A stretch of DNA of 32,000 nt from an uncultured Clostridia bacterium (GTDB taxonomy: Bacteria > Bacillota > Clostridia > TANB77 > CAG-508): NCBI GenBank assembly GCA_934177485.1, contig CAKPPF010000001.1, positions 324,105 through 356,104 of the forward strand. Direction: 5' to 3'. Below are positions 1-9,581 of the stretch, one piece after another (the stretch's first letter is position 1; each line of letters begins with the position of its first letter). The position numbers were made by a program, and so were the translations under genes. The notes under the pieces were generated by a model. That model was given only the letters and a program-made list of their open reading frames with translations. It was not told where the DNA came from and ran no database searches.

Positions 1-1161
1 GAAAGAGAAATAGAAGACAATAAACAAGCAGTTGAAGAAGCACAAAGAGGAAATATACTAAGCAATCTATTTAGTTTAAATAGAAACAAGAATGATAAAC
101 CAAGTGAACAAACTCATAGTAATATTGTGGAGGAAATGTACAAAGCAAGACATGAAGAAAACAGTACACTAGAAGAAACAAGAAGAATCAATGCAGATGA
201 AATTAAAAATCAAATACAACAAACAGAAAACAATATTGAAAAAAGTAATGGAGAAGGCTTAAAGAGTACAAATGATAATTCAACATCTATAGGTAATATT
301 TTAGTTGACTTAGCTAAAATGAAAGCTAATATACCAGAAGAAGTTAATATTGCTGATAAAGTAGATTTACAAGATAATATAGAGGTTAATAAAAAAATAA
401 ACGAATTAGATAATTTAAAAGTAGCAGAAAATTTTGATACTATGTATGAAAAAACTTTTGGAAAAATTCCAGCTTCAACAGAAGAAAAAATTGCACAAGA
501 TAAAAAAGAGATAGATGCATATGACATTATAAAAGATAATAATATTTCAGTATTTGAAGAAGTAGAAGAAATCAAACAAAAGCCAGATTATAAATTTATT
601 GGAATTGCATTTTCAACATATATAATAGTACAAATAAAAGATGAAATGTACATAATAGACCAACATGCAGCTCATGAAAGAATTCTATATGAAAAAATAA
701 AGAAAAATTATTATTCAAATGGAGAAAAAGAATCTCAATTATTATTACTTCCAGATGTTATAACATTAACTCATAAAGAAATGGACATAGCTAGAGATAA
801 CATGGATATATTCGAAAAAGCTGGATTTGATATTGAGGAGTTTGGGGAGAATACAATAAAATTAAATGGAGTTCCAACGGTTTGCTATGATTTAGATACA
901 AAAGAATTATTTTTGGAAACACTTGATGAAATAAATACAGTTGCAAGAACAGCAAGACAAGAAATTGAAGAAAGATTTATTGAAACAGTAGCTTGTAAGG
1001 CAGCAGTAAAGGCACATATGTCTTTAGACAAACAAGAAGTTGATGGACTAATGACAGAATTATTAAAATTACCAAATCCATTTACATGTCCTCATGGAAG
1101 ACCAACTGCAATTAAGATGGATAAGAAAGATATAGAAAAGAAGTTTGCTCGTAGAAAATAA
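1..1161 (+). CDS. mutL: DNA mismatch repair protein MutL, C-terminal part (5' end lies upstream of the window)
   Basis: Frame 1 is open from base 1 to the stop at 1159-1161. The C-terminal region has IDQHAAHERILYEK and FTCPHGRPT motifs typical of MutL. Confidence 0.93.
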   Translation, partial: EREIEDNKQAVEEAQRGNILSNLFSLNRNKNDKPSEQTHSNIVEEMYKARHEENSTLEETRRINADEIKNQIQQTENNIEKSNGEGLKSTNDNSTSIGNILVDLAKMKANIPEEVNIADKVDLQDNIEVNKKINELDNLKVAENFDTMYEKTFGKIPASTEEKIAQDKKEIDAYDIIKDNNISVFEEVEEIKQKPDYKFIGIAFSTYIIVQIKDEMYIIDQHAAHERILYEKIKKNYYSNGEKESQLLLLPDVITLTHKEMDIARDNMDIFEKAGFDIEEFGENTIKLNGVPTVCYDLDTKELFLETLDEINTVARTARQEIEERFIETVACKAAVKAHMSLDKQEVDGLMTELLKLPNPFTCPHGRPTAIKMDKKDIEKKFARRK

Positions 1162-1200
1162 AAGAGCTTTAAAGTAAATTGATATAGTGAGGAGAACTTT

Positions 1201-2127
1201 ATGAAGAAACCAATAGTTATTGTAATTTGTGGACCAACAGCGTCTGGAAAAACAGCATTATCAATTGAATTAGCAGAACGTATTAATGGAGAAATAGTGT
1301 CTGCAGATTCAATGCAAATATATAAAGATATGAATATTGGAAGTGCTAAAGTTACTCCTGAAGAAATGAAAGATATAAAACATTACCTTGTTGATTGCGT
1401 TTCACCAGACGAAAGATATAGTGTTGCAGATTATAAAAGAGATGCTAAAAATGCAATAGATGAAATAATAAAAAAAGGAAAAACTCCAATAGTGGTTGGT
1501 GGGACTGGTTTATATATTGATGCGTTAATTTATGAAATTGAATATAAAGACATACAGGTTAATGAAGAATATAGAGCAAAACTAAAAAAAATTAGTGAAG
1601 AGCAGGGGCTAGAAGTTTTATATAAAAAAGCTTTAGATATTGATCCAGAAGCAATGAAAAAAATTAGTCCTAATGATTATAAAAGAATTACTAGAATTCT
1701 CGAAATTTATGAAGCAACTGGAAAAAACAAAACAGAACAAGAAAAAGAATCAAGATTAAATGAAATACCATATGATTATAGAGTTTTTGCAATTAATTAT
1801 GACCGAGAAAAACTATATGAAAGAATTAATAAAAGAGTGGATATAATGCTAAATAATGGTTTAATTAATGAAGTCGAAAACTTACTAGCAAAATATAAAA
1901 ACTTTCCAACTTCAATGCAAGGCTTAGGATACAAAGAAGTTAAACAATACCTAGACGGAGAAATTTCAAAAAATGAAATGGTAGATAAAATAAAACAAGA
2001 ATCAAGAAGATATGCTAAAAGGCAATTTACATGGTTTAGAAAAAATAAACAAACTATATGGATAGATGGACAAGCTGATGTAGAAGAAAATATCAAGAAA
2101 ATTTTGGAGGAAATAAGTATTGAATAA
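1201..2127 (+). CDS. miaA: tRNA dimethylallyltransferase
   Basis: GAGGAG RBS. P-loop GPTASGKT, then SADSMQIYKDMNIGSAK and the usual MiaA length of 308 aa. Confidence 0.95.
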   Translation: MKKPIVIVICGPTASGKTALSIELAERINGEIVSADSMQIYKDMNIGSAKVTPEEMKDIKHYLVDCVSPDERYSVADYKRDAKNAIDEIIKKGKTPIVVGGTGLYIDALIYEIEYKDIQVNEEYRAKLKKISEEQGLEVLYKKALDIDPEAMKKISPNDYKRITRILEIYEATGKNKTEQEKESRLNEIPYDYRVFAINYDREKLYERINKRVDIMLNNGLINEVENLLAKYKNFPTSMQGLGYKEVKQYLDGEISKNEMVDKIKQESRRYAKRQFTWFRKNKQTIWIDGQADVEENIKKILEEISIE

Positions 2128-3367
2128 AAAGCAGCATCAAAAGAAAAAAGTGAAATTGAATATAAAATTAGTATTGGCAGCTATAATATTACTAATATTT
2201 GTTATTTGTTTTACATATAGCATAATATCTTTATTTATAAATCCTACAGATACATTTATGATTGATAATGGTGAAATTTCTTCATATGAAGAAGCAGTAG
2301 GCTATATAATAAGAGATGAAAAGCTATTTCAAGGAGAAAATTATAAAAATGGAATTTCACAAATAAAAACTGAAGGGCAACGTGTAGCAAAAGGGGATCC
2401 AATTTTTAGATATTTTACAAATAATGAGGAAAGTTTAAACAAAAAAATAGCAGAATTAGATGTACAAATCCAAGATGCAATAGCCCAAAATAGTAATATT
2501 TATTCAAGTGATATTGCATCAATAGACAAACAAATTGAAGAAAATTTAAGAAGCATTTCAACTGTAAATAAAAAAACAGATTTATTAGAACTTAAAAAAA
2601 GAGTAAATAATGCATTAACTAAAAAAGCCAAATTGACAGGTGAACAAAGTCCAGCAGGTTCATATATAAATGAACTGGTTACTCAAAGAAGTAAATATGA
2701 AGAAAAATTGAATTCAGGGTCTGAATATATAAATGCAACAGTAAGTGGAGTTGTATCATATAAAGTAGATGGATTAGAAGATAAACTAACAGTAAATAAC
2801 ATTGATAAATTAACAGAAGAATATTTATCAGGCTTAAAATTAAAAACAGGAGAAATGATTCCAAGTAGCAACGAAAGTGGAAAAATAGTTAATAACTATT
2901 ACTGCTATATTGCTACAATATTAAAATCAGATGAAGCAAAGAATGCTGAGGTAAATGATACTGTAAATATTCATTTAACAACAGGTGACGAAATAAAAAC
3001 TATTATAGAATATATATCTGAACAGGAAAATGGTAATAAACTTATCGTATTAAAAATAAAAGACTGTGTGGAAAAACTAATAAATTATAGAAAGATTTCA
3101 TTTGAAATTGTATGGTGGAGTGCCAAAGGACTAAGAGTTCCTAACTCATCAATTATAGAGGAAGATGGAAAAAAATCTATAGTTAGAAAAAGAATAGGGT
3201 ATACAGATAAAATATTGGTTAAGGTATTAAAAAGCACAGAAGACTATAGTATAATAGAAAATTATACAAGTATGGAACTTAAAGAGTTAGGGTACACAAA
3301 TAAAGAAATTGAAAATATGAAAAACATTAGTTTATATGACGAAATATTACTTAAACCGTCAAAATAA
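2120..3367 (+). CDS. Membrane-anchored coiled-coil protein, HlyD/membrane-fusion-like architecture (family assigned by eye only)
   Basis: TTG start 9 nt after GGAGG, overlapping the miaA stop by 8 nt. N-terminal TM helix (LVLAAIILLIFVICFTYSIISLF), lipoyl-like segment GISQIKTEGQRVAKGDPIF, a long coiled-coil stretch and a beta-rich C-terminus (ATVSGVVSY). Confidence 0.4.
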   Translation: MNKKQHQKKKVKLNIKLVLAAIILLIFVICFTYSIISLFINPTDTFMIDNGEISSYEEAVGYIIRDEKLFQGENYKNGISQIKTEGQRVAKGDPIFRYFTNNEESLNKKIAELDVQIQDAIAQNSNIYSSDIASIDKQIEENLRSISTVNKKTDLLELKKRVNNALTKKAKLTGEQSPAGSYINELVTQRSKYEEKLNSGSEYINATVSGVVSYKVDGLEDKLTVNNIDKLTEEYLSGLKLKTGEMIPSSNESGKIVNNYYCYIATILKSDEAKNAEVNDTVNIHLTTGDEIKTIIEYISEQENGNKLIVLKIKDCVEKLINYRKISFEIVWWSAKGLRVPNSSIIEEDGKKSIVRKRIGYTDKILVKVLKSTEDYSIIENYTSMELKELGYTNKEIENMKNISLYDEILLKPSK

Positions 3368-3493
3368 TATTACAATAGCATTACAACAATATTAAAAATA
3401 TATTACGTCTTTAAAAACTATTGACAACATAAATAAAAAGTAAGATACTATAAATGAAAAAAATACTGTGGAATATTTTTAGGAGGTTTTATA

Positions 3494-3967
3494 ATGGCAG
3501 GGGCATTATTTAATAAATTTTGTGAAGTGTTTGGAGTAAATCAAAGAGAAGAAGACGAAGATGAAGAATATATAGATGAAGAAGTTACTAGTGAAGATCC
3601 AGAAGAAGATGAAGTAGAAGATAAAAGATTCTTTAATATAAATAGAAAAAAAGTTGTGAATATGCCACAAACTCAACAAGTTAGAATGGTTATATCTCAA
3701 CCTACAACATTTGAACAAGCAGAAGAAATTTGTACATATTTAAAAAATAGAAAATCTGTAATAGTTAACTTAGAATATGTAAATAAAGATGTCGCAAGAA
3801 GAATAGTAGATGTTATGAGTGGAGCTGTTCATGCTTTAGATGGACATATACAAAAAATATCTAATTCTATATTCTTAATTGCACCAACATATTATGAGAT
3901 TTCTACAGAAATAGCAAGAGATGAAATAAAAAATAAACTTTCAGTTTCTTGGTTGAAAAATGGATAA
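3494..3967 (+). CDS. sepF: Cell division protein SepF
   Basis: AGGAGG RBS. Acidic N-terminal linker, then the conserved SepF core (VISQPTTFEQAEEICTYLKNRKSVIVNLEYV...IFLIAP). divIVA lies next to it. Confidence 0.85.
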   Translation: MAGALFNKFCEVFGVNQREEDEDEEYIDEEVTSEDPEEDEVEDKRFFNINRKKVVNMPQTQQVRMVISQPTTFEQAEEICTYLKNRKSVIVNLEYVNKDVARRIVDVMSGAVHALDGHIQKISNSIFLIAPTYYEISTEIARDEIKNKLSVSWLKNG

Positions 3968-3984
3968 TAATATTATATTATTTA

Positions 3985-4012
3985 TAGGGCGGACAAGATG
4001 CTGTTCGCCCTA
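3985..4012 (+). terminator. GC-rich hairpin between sepF and divIVA (partial terminator or processing site)
   Basis: TAGGGCGGACA-agatgc-TGTTCGCCCTA forms an 11-bp stem with one G.U pair, followed by TTGTTT. It stands out in AT-rich DNA. Confidence 0.4.
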
Positions 4013-4043
4013 TTGTTTAACAAACAGAAAGGATGAATTAATT

Positions 4044-4490
4044 ATGATTACACCTCTAGATATTGAAAATAAGAGATTTACAAAACAAATGAGAGGATAT
4101 AGTGTAGATGAAGTTGATGATTTTTTAGATGATTTAACTGTTGAATATGAAAAACTATACAAAGAAAATGCAGAATACAAAAGTGAAATATTAAAATTAA
4201 AAGAAGACATGCAACATTATAAAACAATAGAAGATACACTTCAAAATACTTTAGTTATGGCACAATCAACAGCAGAAGAAGTTAAAAATGTTGCTAAGAA
4301 CCAGGCAGAACAAATAGTGAATGAAGCTAAATTAAATGCTCAAAAAGAAGTAGATTGTTTAACAAATCAAATTTCTATAAAACAAAAAGAATTAGAAGAT
4401 ACACAAAAACAATTTGATGTATATAAAGCAAAAATGGAATCATTGTTAATTTCACAACTTGAATTATTAAAAGAAATAAATAAAGAGTAA
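4044..4490 (+). CDS. divIVA: Cell division initiation protein DivIVA
   Basis: Internal ATG at 4044 preferred over the track start at 3960, because MITPLDIENKRFTKQMRGYSVDEVDDFLDDL is the canonical DivIVA N-terminus and the upstream 28 codons cover the hairpin. The rest is coiled coil. Confidence 0.85.
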   Translation: MITPLDIENKRFTKQMRGYSVDEVDDFLDDLTVEYEKLYKENAEYKSEILKLKEDMQHYKTIEDTLQNTLVMAQSTAEEVKNVAKNQAEQIVNEAKLNAQKEVDCLTNQISIKQKELEDTQKQFDVYKAKMESLLISQLELLKEINKE

Positions 4491-4493
4491 AAG

Positions 4494-4516
4494 AAGACCT
4501 TTTAGGTCTTTTTTCT
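4494..4516 (+). terminator. Rho-independent terminator after divIVA
   Basis: AAGACCT-ttt-AGGTCTT followed by TTTTCTT. Confidence 0.7.
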
Positions 4517-4562
4517 TGCTTTTTATATAGTTAAATGCTAAAATTAAAATGAGGTGATACTA

Positions 4563-5030
4563 ATGAGAACAATGGGAAATTATTTAATAATAATGTTGTC
4601 AGTAATATTATTTATTTTTAGATTAATTGTTACAATAACAACAGTTCTAGGTGTTGATTTTATGATACAAACAATAAATACTAATTATGAAATAATACTG
4701 CTATTTATTACTATAATATCAATTATTTTAATGACTAAAAATAAATTAATAGGACCAATAATATTTACTGCTGCTTCATTAGCTTATTATGGACCAGATT
4801 TATTGTCTAGAGTTATGGTTTCAGGAGCTATAAGCGCAGAGAGTGCCACACAAATCGTATGTTCTGTATGTTGTTTGTTAATACCAATATTTTCGTTTTT
4901 CTTAACAGCAGCTGCAAAAGCTCAAGAGAAAAAACCTGTAGACAAGAAAACAGATTTTTATTACAAAACAGATAGATACGATAGAAAATATGATGAAAGA
5001 GCAGACAGAAATAACTATAGAACTTTATAA
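4563..5030 (+). CDS. Hypothetical integral membrane protein
   Basis: ATG 6 nt after GAGGTG. Four hydrophobic helices and a basic, Tyr/Asp-rich tail. I recognise no family. Confidence 0.55.
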   Translation: MRTMGNYLIIMLSVILFIFRLIVTITTVLGVDFMIQTINTNYEIILLFITIISIILMTKNKLIGPIIFTAASLAYYGPDLLSRVMVSGAISAESATQIVCSVCCLLIPIFSFFLTAAAKAQEKKPVDKKTDFYYKTDRYDRKYDERADRNNYRTL

Positions 5031-5040
5031 GAAATTAATT

Positions 5041-5118
5041 TACAAGAAAAGTGGCTTTGTCACACTTTTCTTCTCTCAGATTTGAGTTTCCGAATGAAAT
5101 GAGGAAATATCAAAGGCA
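5041..5118 (-). ncRNA. Candidate small RNA encoded inside repeat copy A
   Basis: On the minus strand, TGcTATAAT (5125-5133) is followed by the M2 hairpin and the M1 stem with a TTTTCTT tail. The ends are predicted, not measured. Confidence 0.3.
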
Positions 5119-5205
5119 ATAGCTATTATAGCATATTTTGTTGAATAGAAAAATCTTCGATTTTTCCTATTCAACAAAAAGGGGCCACTATTTATACAGT
5201 GACCC
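5046..5205 (+). repeat. Mosaic hairpin repeat, copy A (modules M1-M2-M3-M4')
   Basis: About 94 percent identical by eye to copy B over roughly 135 nt. Contains GAAAAGTG..CACTTTTC, GATTTGAG-TTTCC-GAATGAAATGA-GGAAA, and TTGAATAGAAAAATC-TTCG-GATTTTTCCTATTCAA. Confidence 0.9.
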
Positions 5206-5233
5206 TTTAAGTTGTAATGATAAAGGTGAATTT

Positions 5234-5767
5234 ATGAAAAGTAAAATTACGTATTTTGTACATGGAACAACTGAAGATAACCTAACTAACAAATGTTCTG
5301 GATGGAAGCAAGCTAAATTAACGGAACTTGGAATAAAACAAGCTGAGAATTTAGGAAGAGTCAATTCGGATATTAATTTTGATGTTATAATTACTTCTGA
5401 TTTGATAAGAGCTATAGAAACTGCTAATATTGCATTCCCAGATATTAATAAAATTCAAGACAGCAGATTAAGAGAATGCAATTATGGTGATTTAGATGGC
5501 GCAGATAAAGGTTTAATAAAGTATGAAGAACATATTGAAAATGAATTTCCTAATGGCGAATCATTAAAAGAAGTTGAATACAGAATTAATGAATTTATAG
5601 AAGATATAAAAGAAAAATATAAAGGAAAAAATATAGGAATAATAGCACATAGAGCTACGCAACTTGCTTTTGAAGTGATAACTAAAAATATTAGTTGGGA
5701 AGAGGCCATAGAAAAAGATTGGAGAAAAAAAGGGTTATGGGAGCCTGGGTGGATATACGAAATATAA
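5234..5767 (+). CDS. Histidine phosphatase (phosphoglycerate mutase-like) family protein
   Basis: ATG at 5234 after AAAGGTGAA. The track start at 5138 would read through the repeat. N-terminal ITYFVHGTTEDN resembles the RHG motif region but reads VHG, and a second His sits in IIAHRAT. Confidence 0.5.
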   Translation: MKSKITYFVHGTTEDNLTNKCSGWKQAKLTELGIKQAENLGRVNSDINFDVIITSDLIRAIETANIAFPDINKIQDSRLRECNYGDLDGADKGLIKYEEHIENEFPNGESLKEVEYRINEFIEDIKEKYKGKNIGIIAHRATQLAFEVITKNISWEEAIEKDWRKKGLWEPGWIYEI

Positions 5768-5845
5768 AAAATTAATAGATATAAAATATCAATAAAAGAA
5801 AAGAATTACTGTTGAAAAATGTTGAAATATAATTAGGAGAAAAAA

Positions 5846-6451
5846 ATGAAAAAAGTATTATTTGCAACTGAAAATGAAAGCAAGGTTAAGAGATTTAAAA
5901 ATGGACTTCTAGAAAAAAATATTGAAATAATTTCTTTAAATAATATAGATAAAAAAGTTGAAGTTATAGAAAATGGAAAAAATGCAATAGAAAATGCATT
6001 AATTAAAGCAAGAGCATATGCTAAAGTGTATGATTTACCGGTATTTGCTATGGATGATAATTTATATATTGATGGAATACCAGATGAAAAACAACCTGGT
6101 ATGTATGTAAGAAGAGTTAATGGAAAAAGATTAAATGATGATGAAATGATAGAATACTATTCTAATTTGGCTCATACATATGGAAAGAATGGAAGACTTA
6201 CTTGCAGATGGGTTTATGGAATTGCAGTTATAAACAAGGATAAAGAGTCAACTTATACTTGGAGCAAAGAAGATTTTTACATAGTAGATAAACCTACAAA
6301 TAAAATTAATCCAGGTTATCCATTAAACACAATATCTATAAATAAAAGATTAAATAAATATTTTACAGATATAACAGAAGAAGATAAAAAAGAAATTCAA
6401 GAAAATGAAAATGATGTTATAGAATTCCTTTGCGAAAAAATATTAAAATAA
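5846..6451 (+). CDS. Ham1/ITPase-like non-canonical purine NTP pyrophosphatase family protein
   Basis: AGGAG RBS. The pattern FATENESKVKRF ... ENALIKARAYAK ... PVFAMDDNLYIDG ... PGMYVRR follows the RdgB/Ham1 layout. Confidence 0.55.
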   Translation: MKKVLFATENESKVKRFKNGLLEKNIEIISLNNIDKKVEVIENGKNAIENALIKARAYAKVYDLPVFAMDDNLYIDGIPDEKQPGMYVRRVNGKRLNDDEMIEYYSNLAHTYGKNGRLTCRWVYGIAVINKDKESTYTWSKEDFYIVDKPTNKINPGYPLNTISINKRLNKYFTDITEEDKKEIQENENDVIEFLCEKILK

Positions 6452-6593
6452 TGTGGAATATATGAACGAAAACAGAACAAATATCAACTAGATAATGTAA
6501 AAATAAGAAAAACATTAAATACATATGAGTTATATTATTGATAAAAATAATATAAATATTAAATTTAAAAAATATTTAAAATTATTCACATAA

Positions 6594-7187
6594 ATGAAAG
6601 GAATAAATAAAGTGAATTTTGAAAATGAGATAACTGTAACTATTAATATGTCAAAAAAAGATCTAATAAGTTTTTTTGACATTAATAATTATAAAAAAGT
6701 TGATAATTATATCGTTGATGATATATATTATGTGCCAAATGATGTGGATTTAGATGTAAATCCGTTAGAGGTTTTAAAAAAATGCATTTTAGTTAGAAGT
6801 ATTGATGATAAGAAGCATTATCTTATGTATAAATATAAAGAATATGACGAGAATGAAAATATAATTAAGCAAGGAAAATCAAAAGTACAAGTTACTAGTA
6901 AAGATGATGCTAGTTCGTTTTTAAAAACAATAGATTATAAAGAGTTAATAAGAATAGTTGACCATGTGGAAGTTTATGAAAAAGATAGATTACAAATTTG
7001 TGTTGAAAATGTTAATGATAAATATTTATTCGTTGAAATTGAAGAAAATGAAAAGTATAATACTATCCCAAAAATGATTTATGCTCTAGATAGCACAAAA
7101 ATTAAGTATGATAAAAGCAATTATTTTGTAAAAAAAGCCAAAATTATTTTTGAAGAAAAATATAGAGAGAATGGAAAAAATAGTTAA
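6594..7187 (+). CDS. CYTH-like domain protein (putative)
   Basis: N-terminal FENEITV resembles the ExExK motif but ends in T, and C-terminal YLFVEIEEN is CYTH-like. The ATG at 6594 has no RBS. GTG at 6612 sits 9 nt after AAAGGA and may be the real start. Confidence 0.35.
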   Translation: MKGINKVNFENEITVTINMSKKDLISFFDINNYKKVDNYIVDDIYYVPNDVDLDVNPLEVLKKCILVRSIDDKKHYLMYKYKEYDENENIIKQGKSKVQVTSKDDASSFLKTIDYKELIRIVDHVEVYEKDRLQICVENVNDKYLFVEIEENEKYNTIPKMIYALDSTKIKYDKSNYFVKKAKIIFEEKYRENGKNS

Positions 7188-7207
7188 TTAATAAAGGAAG
7201 CGATTTT

Positions 7208-8110
7208 ATGAATAATGAAAATAAAACAAATATTAACTGGTATCCAGGTCATATGGCAAAAACAAAGAGACAAATAACTGAAGATTTAAAATTGATTGAT
7301 GTAGTAATTGAAGTTTTAGATGCACGTATTCCAGTTTCTAGCCAGAACCCAGATATGAAAGAATTAACAAAAAATAAAAAGAAAATATATATATTAAATA
7401 AAAGCGATTTAGCGGATGAAAAAGAAACTTTAAAATGGGAAAATAAGCTTAGAACAGAGAACTCTGTTGCGATTAGTTGTGATTCAAATTCAGGCAAAGG
7501 AATTAACAAAGTAGAGAAAACCATATTAAACTTAATGCAAGAAGTACAAGAAAAAAATAACCAAAAGGGAAGAACAGGCAAACCAATAAGAGTATTAGTT
7601 TTGGGAATTCCAAATGTTGGAAAATCTTCATTTATAAATAGAATTTCTAAGAAAACAACAATGGCAGTTGGAAATAAACCAGGTGTTACAAAGCAAAAAC
7701 AATGGATTAGATTATCAAATAATATTGAACTACTAGATACCCCAGGTGTTTTATGGCCTAAATTTGAAAACCAAAAAGTTGCTCTTAATTTATCTTTTAC
7801 AGGAACTATTAAAGATGAGATATTACCAAAAGTAGAAATAGCATATAGATTATTAAAGTTTCTAATTGAAAACTATAAGTCTAATGTTCTAGAAAGATAT
7901 AAATTAGATGAAAATGTAATTCAAGATATATTAAGCAGTGATAACCAAGAAAATATTAAGATCTATGATATAATGTGCTTAATTGGTAAAAAAAGAGGCT
8001 GTATTGTATCTGGTGGAAATATTGATGATGAAAAAGTATCAAATATAATATTAGATGATTATAGAACAGGAAAACTAGGAAATATAACATTAGAAAAGGT
8101 GGAAAAATAA
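7208..8110 (+). CDS. rbgA: Ribosome biogenesis GTPase A (YlqF/RbgA)
   Basis: NWYPGHMAKTKRQ start, circularly permuted GTPase motifs (NKSDL before GIPNVGKSS, then DTPG). Confidence 0.9.
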   Translation: MNNENKTNINWYPGHMAKTKRQITEDLKLIDVVIEVLDARIPVSSQNPDMKELTKNKKKIYILNKSDLADEKETLKWENKLRTENSVAISCDSNSGKGINKVEKTILNLMQEVQEKNNQKGRTGKPIRVLVLGIPNVGKSSFINRISKKTTMAVGNKPGVTKQKQWIRLSNNIELLDTPGVLWPKFENQKVALNLSFTGTIKDEILPKVEIAYRLLKFLIENYKSNVLERYKLDENVIQDILSSDNQENIKIYDIMCLIGKKRGCIVSGGNIDDEKVSNIILDDYRTGKLGNITLEKVEK

Positions 8111-8500
8111 ATGGAAGAAATAGATGTAAACCAAATGTCTCCACTTACATGGGCTTATATGGGAGATTGCATTTATGAAAAATATGTAAGAGAATATTTA
8201 GTAACAAGTACAAAATATAAACCACATAAATTACATATAGAAGCAACAAAACTTGTAAAAGCATCTGCGCAAGCACACATATTGCAAGAATTAGAGAATG
8301 AACTTTCAGATGATGAAAAAGAAATTGTAAGAAGAACAAGAAATACAGAAAATCATCATTTGCCTAAAAATGCCACAGTACAAGAGTATATGTATGCAAC
8401 AGCTTTTGAGGGATTAATAGGCTATTTGTACTTAACAAAACAAGAAGAAAGATTAACAGAGATATTGAAAAAAAGTATACAAATAATTAAAACTCATTAA
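8111..8500 (+). CDS. mrnC: Mini-ribonuclease 3
   Basis: Starts immediately after the rbgA stop. LTWAYMGDCIYEKYVREYL and ATAFEGLIGYLYL motifs, about 130 aa. Confidence 0.85.
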   Translation: MEEIDVNQMSPLTWAYMGDCIYEKYVREYLVTSTKYKPHKLHIEATKLVKASAQAHILQELENELSDDEKEIVRRTRNTENHHLPKNATVQEYMYATAFEGLIGYLYLTKQEERLTEILKKSIQIIKTH

Positions 8501-8515
8501 GTATGCGAAAAAAGG

Positions 8516-8545
8516 TTGACAATATGATATTTTTTGTGCTATAAT
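8516..8545 (+). promoter_or_regulatory. SigA-type promoter of the rplU-rpmA operon
   Basis: TTGACA (8516-8521), 18-nt spacer, TGcTATAAT extended -10 (TATAAT at 8540-8545). Confidence 0.7.
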
Positions 8546-8551
8546 TACAAA

Positions 8552-8640
8552 ATGTAACCGCATAATTCAAGGTAATAAAAGTCTAGTTAAGTTTAGATAC
8601 CTAAAGTTTAAGGTTAGCGAGTTTGCAAAGAGGGAGGTGC
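8552..8640 (+). promoter_or_regulatory. Probable ribosomal protein L21 leader (5' UTR of rplU)
   Basis: About 100 nt of untranslated leader between a strong promoter and rplU, at the position of the Firmicute L21 leader. I could not verify the structure by eye. Confidence 0.4.
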
Positions 8641-8646
8641 TTTTGT

Positions 8647-9003
8647 ATGTACGCAGTTATAGAAGCATGTGGAAAACAATACAAAGTAACTAAAGGAGAT
8701 GTAGTATTTTTCGAAAAATTAGACGTAGAAGAAGGTAAAAAAGTAACTTTCGACAAAGTTGTTTTACTATCTAATGATGGAAAAGTAGAAGTTGGAGCTC
8801 CTTATGTAAAAGGTATAAAAGTTGAAGGCAAAGTAGTTGCTCATGGTAAAGGTAAAAAAATAATTGTTTTCAAATATAAAGCTAAAAAGAATTATAAAAG
8901 AAAACAAGGACATAGACAACCTTATACTAAAGTTGAAATAACAGCTATAAAACTTCCAGCAGCTAAAAAAGAAGTAGCAGCTGAAGAAAAAGCAAATGCT
9001 TAA
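8647..9003 (+). CDS. rplU: 50S ribosomal protein L21
   Basis: ATG at 8647 after [20 protein letters not shown] start, [13 protein letters not shown]. Confidence 0.95.
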   Translation: MYAVIEACGKQYKVTKGDVVFFEKLDVEEGKKVTFDKVVLLSNDGKVEVGAPYVKGIKVEGKVVAHGKGKKIIVFKYKAKKNYKRKQGHRQPYTKVEITAIKLPAAKKEVAAEEKANA

Positions 9004-9061
9004 ATATTAAATAAATCAAAATAATAGAGAAACTTTTAAAGTGAAAGGAGTGACTTAAAGC

Positions 9062-9322
9062 ATGGCACATAAAAAAGGGCAAGGTAGTGTTAAGAACGGT
9101 AGAGATAGTGAGTCTAAACGTCTTGGTGTAAAAAGAGCAGACGGACAATTCGTTCTTGCAGGAAATATATTGTTCAGACAAAGAGGAACAAAAATGCATC
9201 CAGGTACAAATGTAGGTAAAGGTAGTGATGATACTTTATATGCATTAGTAGATGGTAAAGTTAAATTTGAAAGATTAGGTAAGGATAAAAAACAAATAAG
9301 TGTTTACCCAGTAGAAGAATAA
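9062..9322 (+). CDS. rpmA: 50S ribosomal protein L27 (no N-terminal propeptide)
   Basis: [34 protein letters not shown]. Confidence 0.95.
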   Translation: MAHKKGQGSVKNGRDSESKRLGVKRADGQFVLAGNILFRQRGTKMHPGTNVGKGSDDTLYALVDGKVKFERLGKDKKQISVYPVEE

Positions 9323-9351
9323 AAAAAGACGACATTAAGTCGTCTTTTTTG
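9322..9351 (+). terminator. Rho-independent terminator after rpmA
   Basis: AAAAAGACGAC-atta-GTCGTCTTTTTT. Confidence 0.8.
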
Positions 9352-9361
9352 TGTATTATAT

Positions 9362-9440
9362 GGGTAAGAAAAGTGGCTTCGCCACACTTTTCTTCTCGCC
9401 GATTTGAGTTTCCGAATGAAATGAGGAAATCTCAAAGGCA
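9362..9440 (-). ncRNA. Candidate small RNA encoded inside repeat copy B
   Basis: On the minus strand, TGcTATAAT (9447-9455) is followed by the M2 hairpin and GAAAAGTGTGGC-gaa-GCCACTTTTCTT. The ends are predicted. Confidence 0.3.
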
Positions 9441-9523
9441 ATAGCGATTATAGCATATTTTGTTGAATAGAAAAATCTTCGATTTTTCCTATTCGACAAA
9501 AAAGGTAGGCACAAGACCTACCT
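9368..9523 (+). repeat. Mosaic hairpin repeat, copy B (M1-M2-M3-M4)
   Basis: Same module order as copy A. M4 is AGGTAGG-cacaaga-CCTACCT at 9503-9523. Confidence 0.9.
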
Positions 9524-9549
9524 CTACAAATTGCACGCAATGGGTAAAT

Positions 9550-9573
9550 AAAAGACAGATTACTCTGTCTTTT
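9550..9573 (-). terminator. Terminator hairpin downstream of ppaC
   Basis: AAAGACAG-attact-CTGTCTTT, with T-rich flanks on both strands. Confidence 0.6.
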
Positions 9574-9581
9574 ACATATAT

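Noticed and set aside
3960-4043. Upstream extensions of the track ORFs (3960 for divIVA, 5138 for the phosphatase, 8623 for rplU, 10559 for ppaC, 10591 for miaB, 12006 for the HTH protein, 28664 for yraN)
   Set aside because: In each case an internal ATG has a proper SD at 6-9 nt and gives the canonical family N-terminus. The extension reads through a hairpin, a repeat element or the preceding gene.
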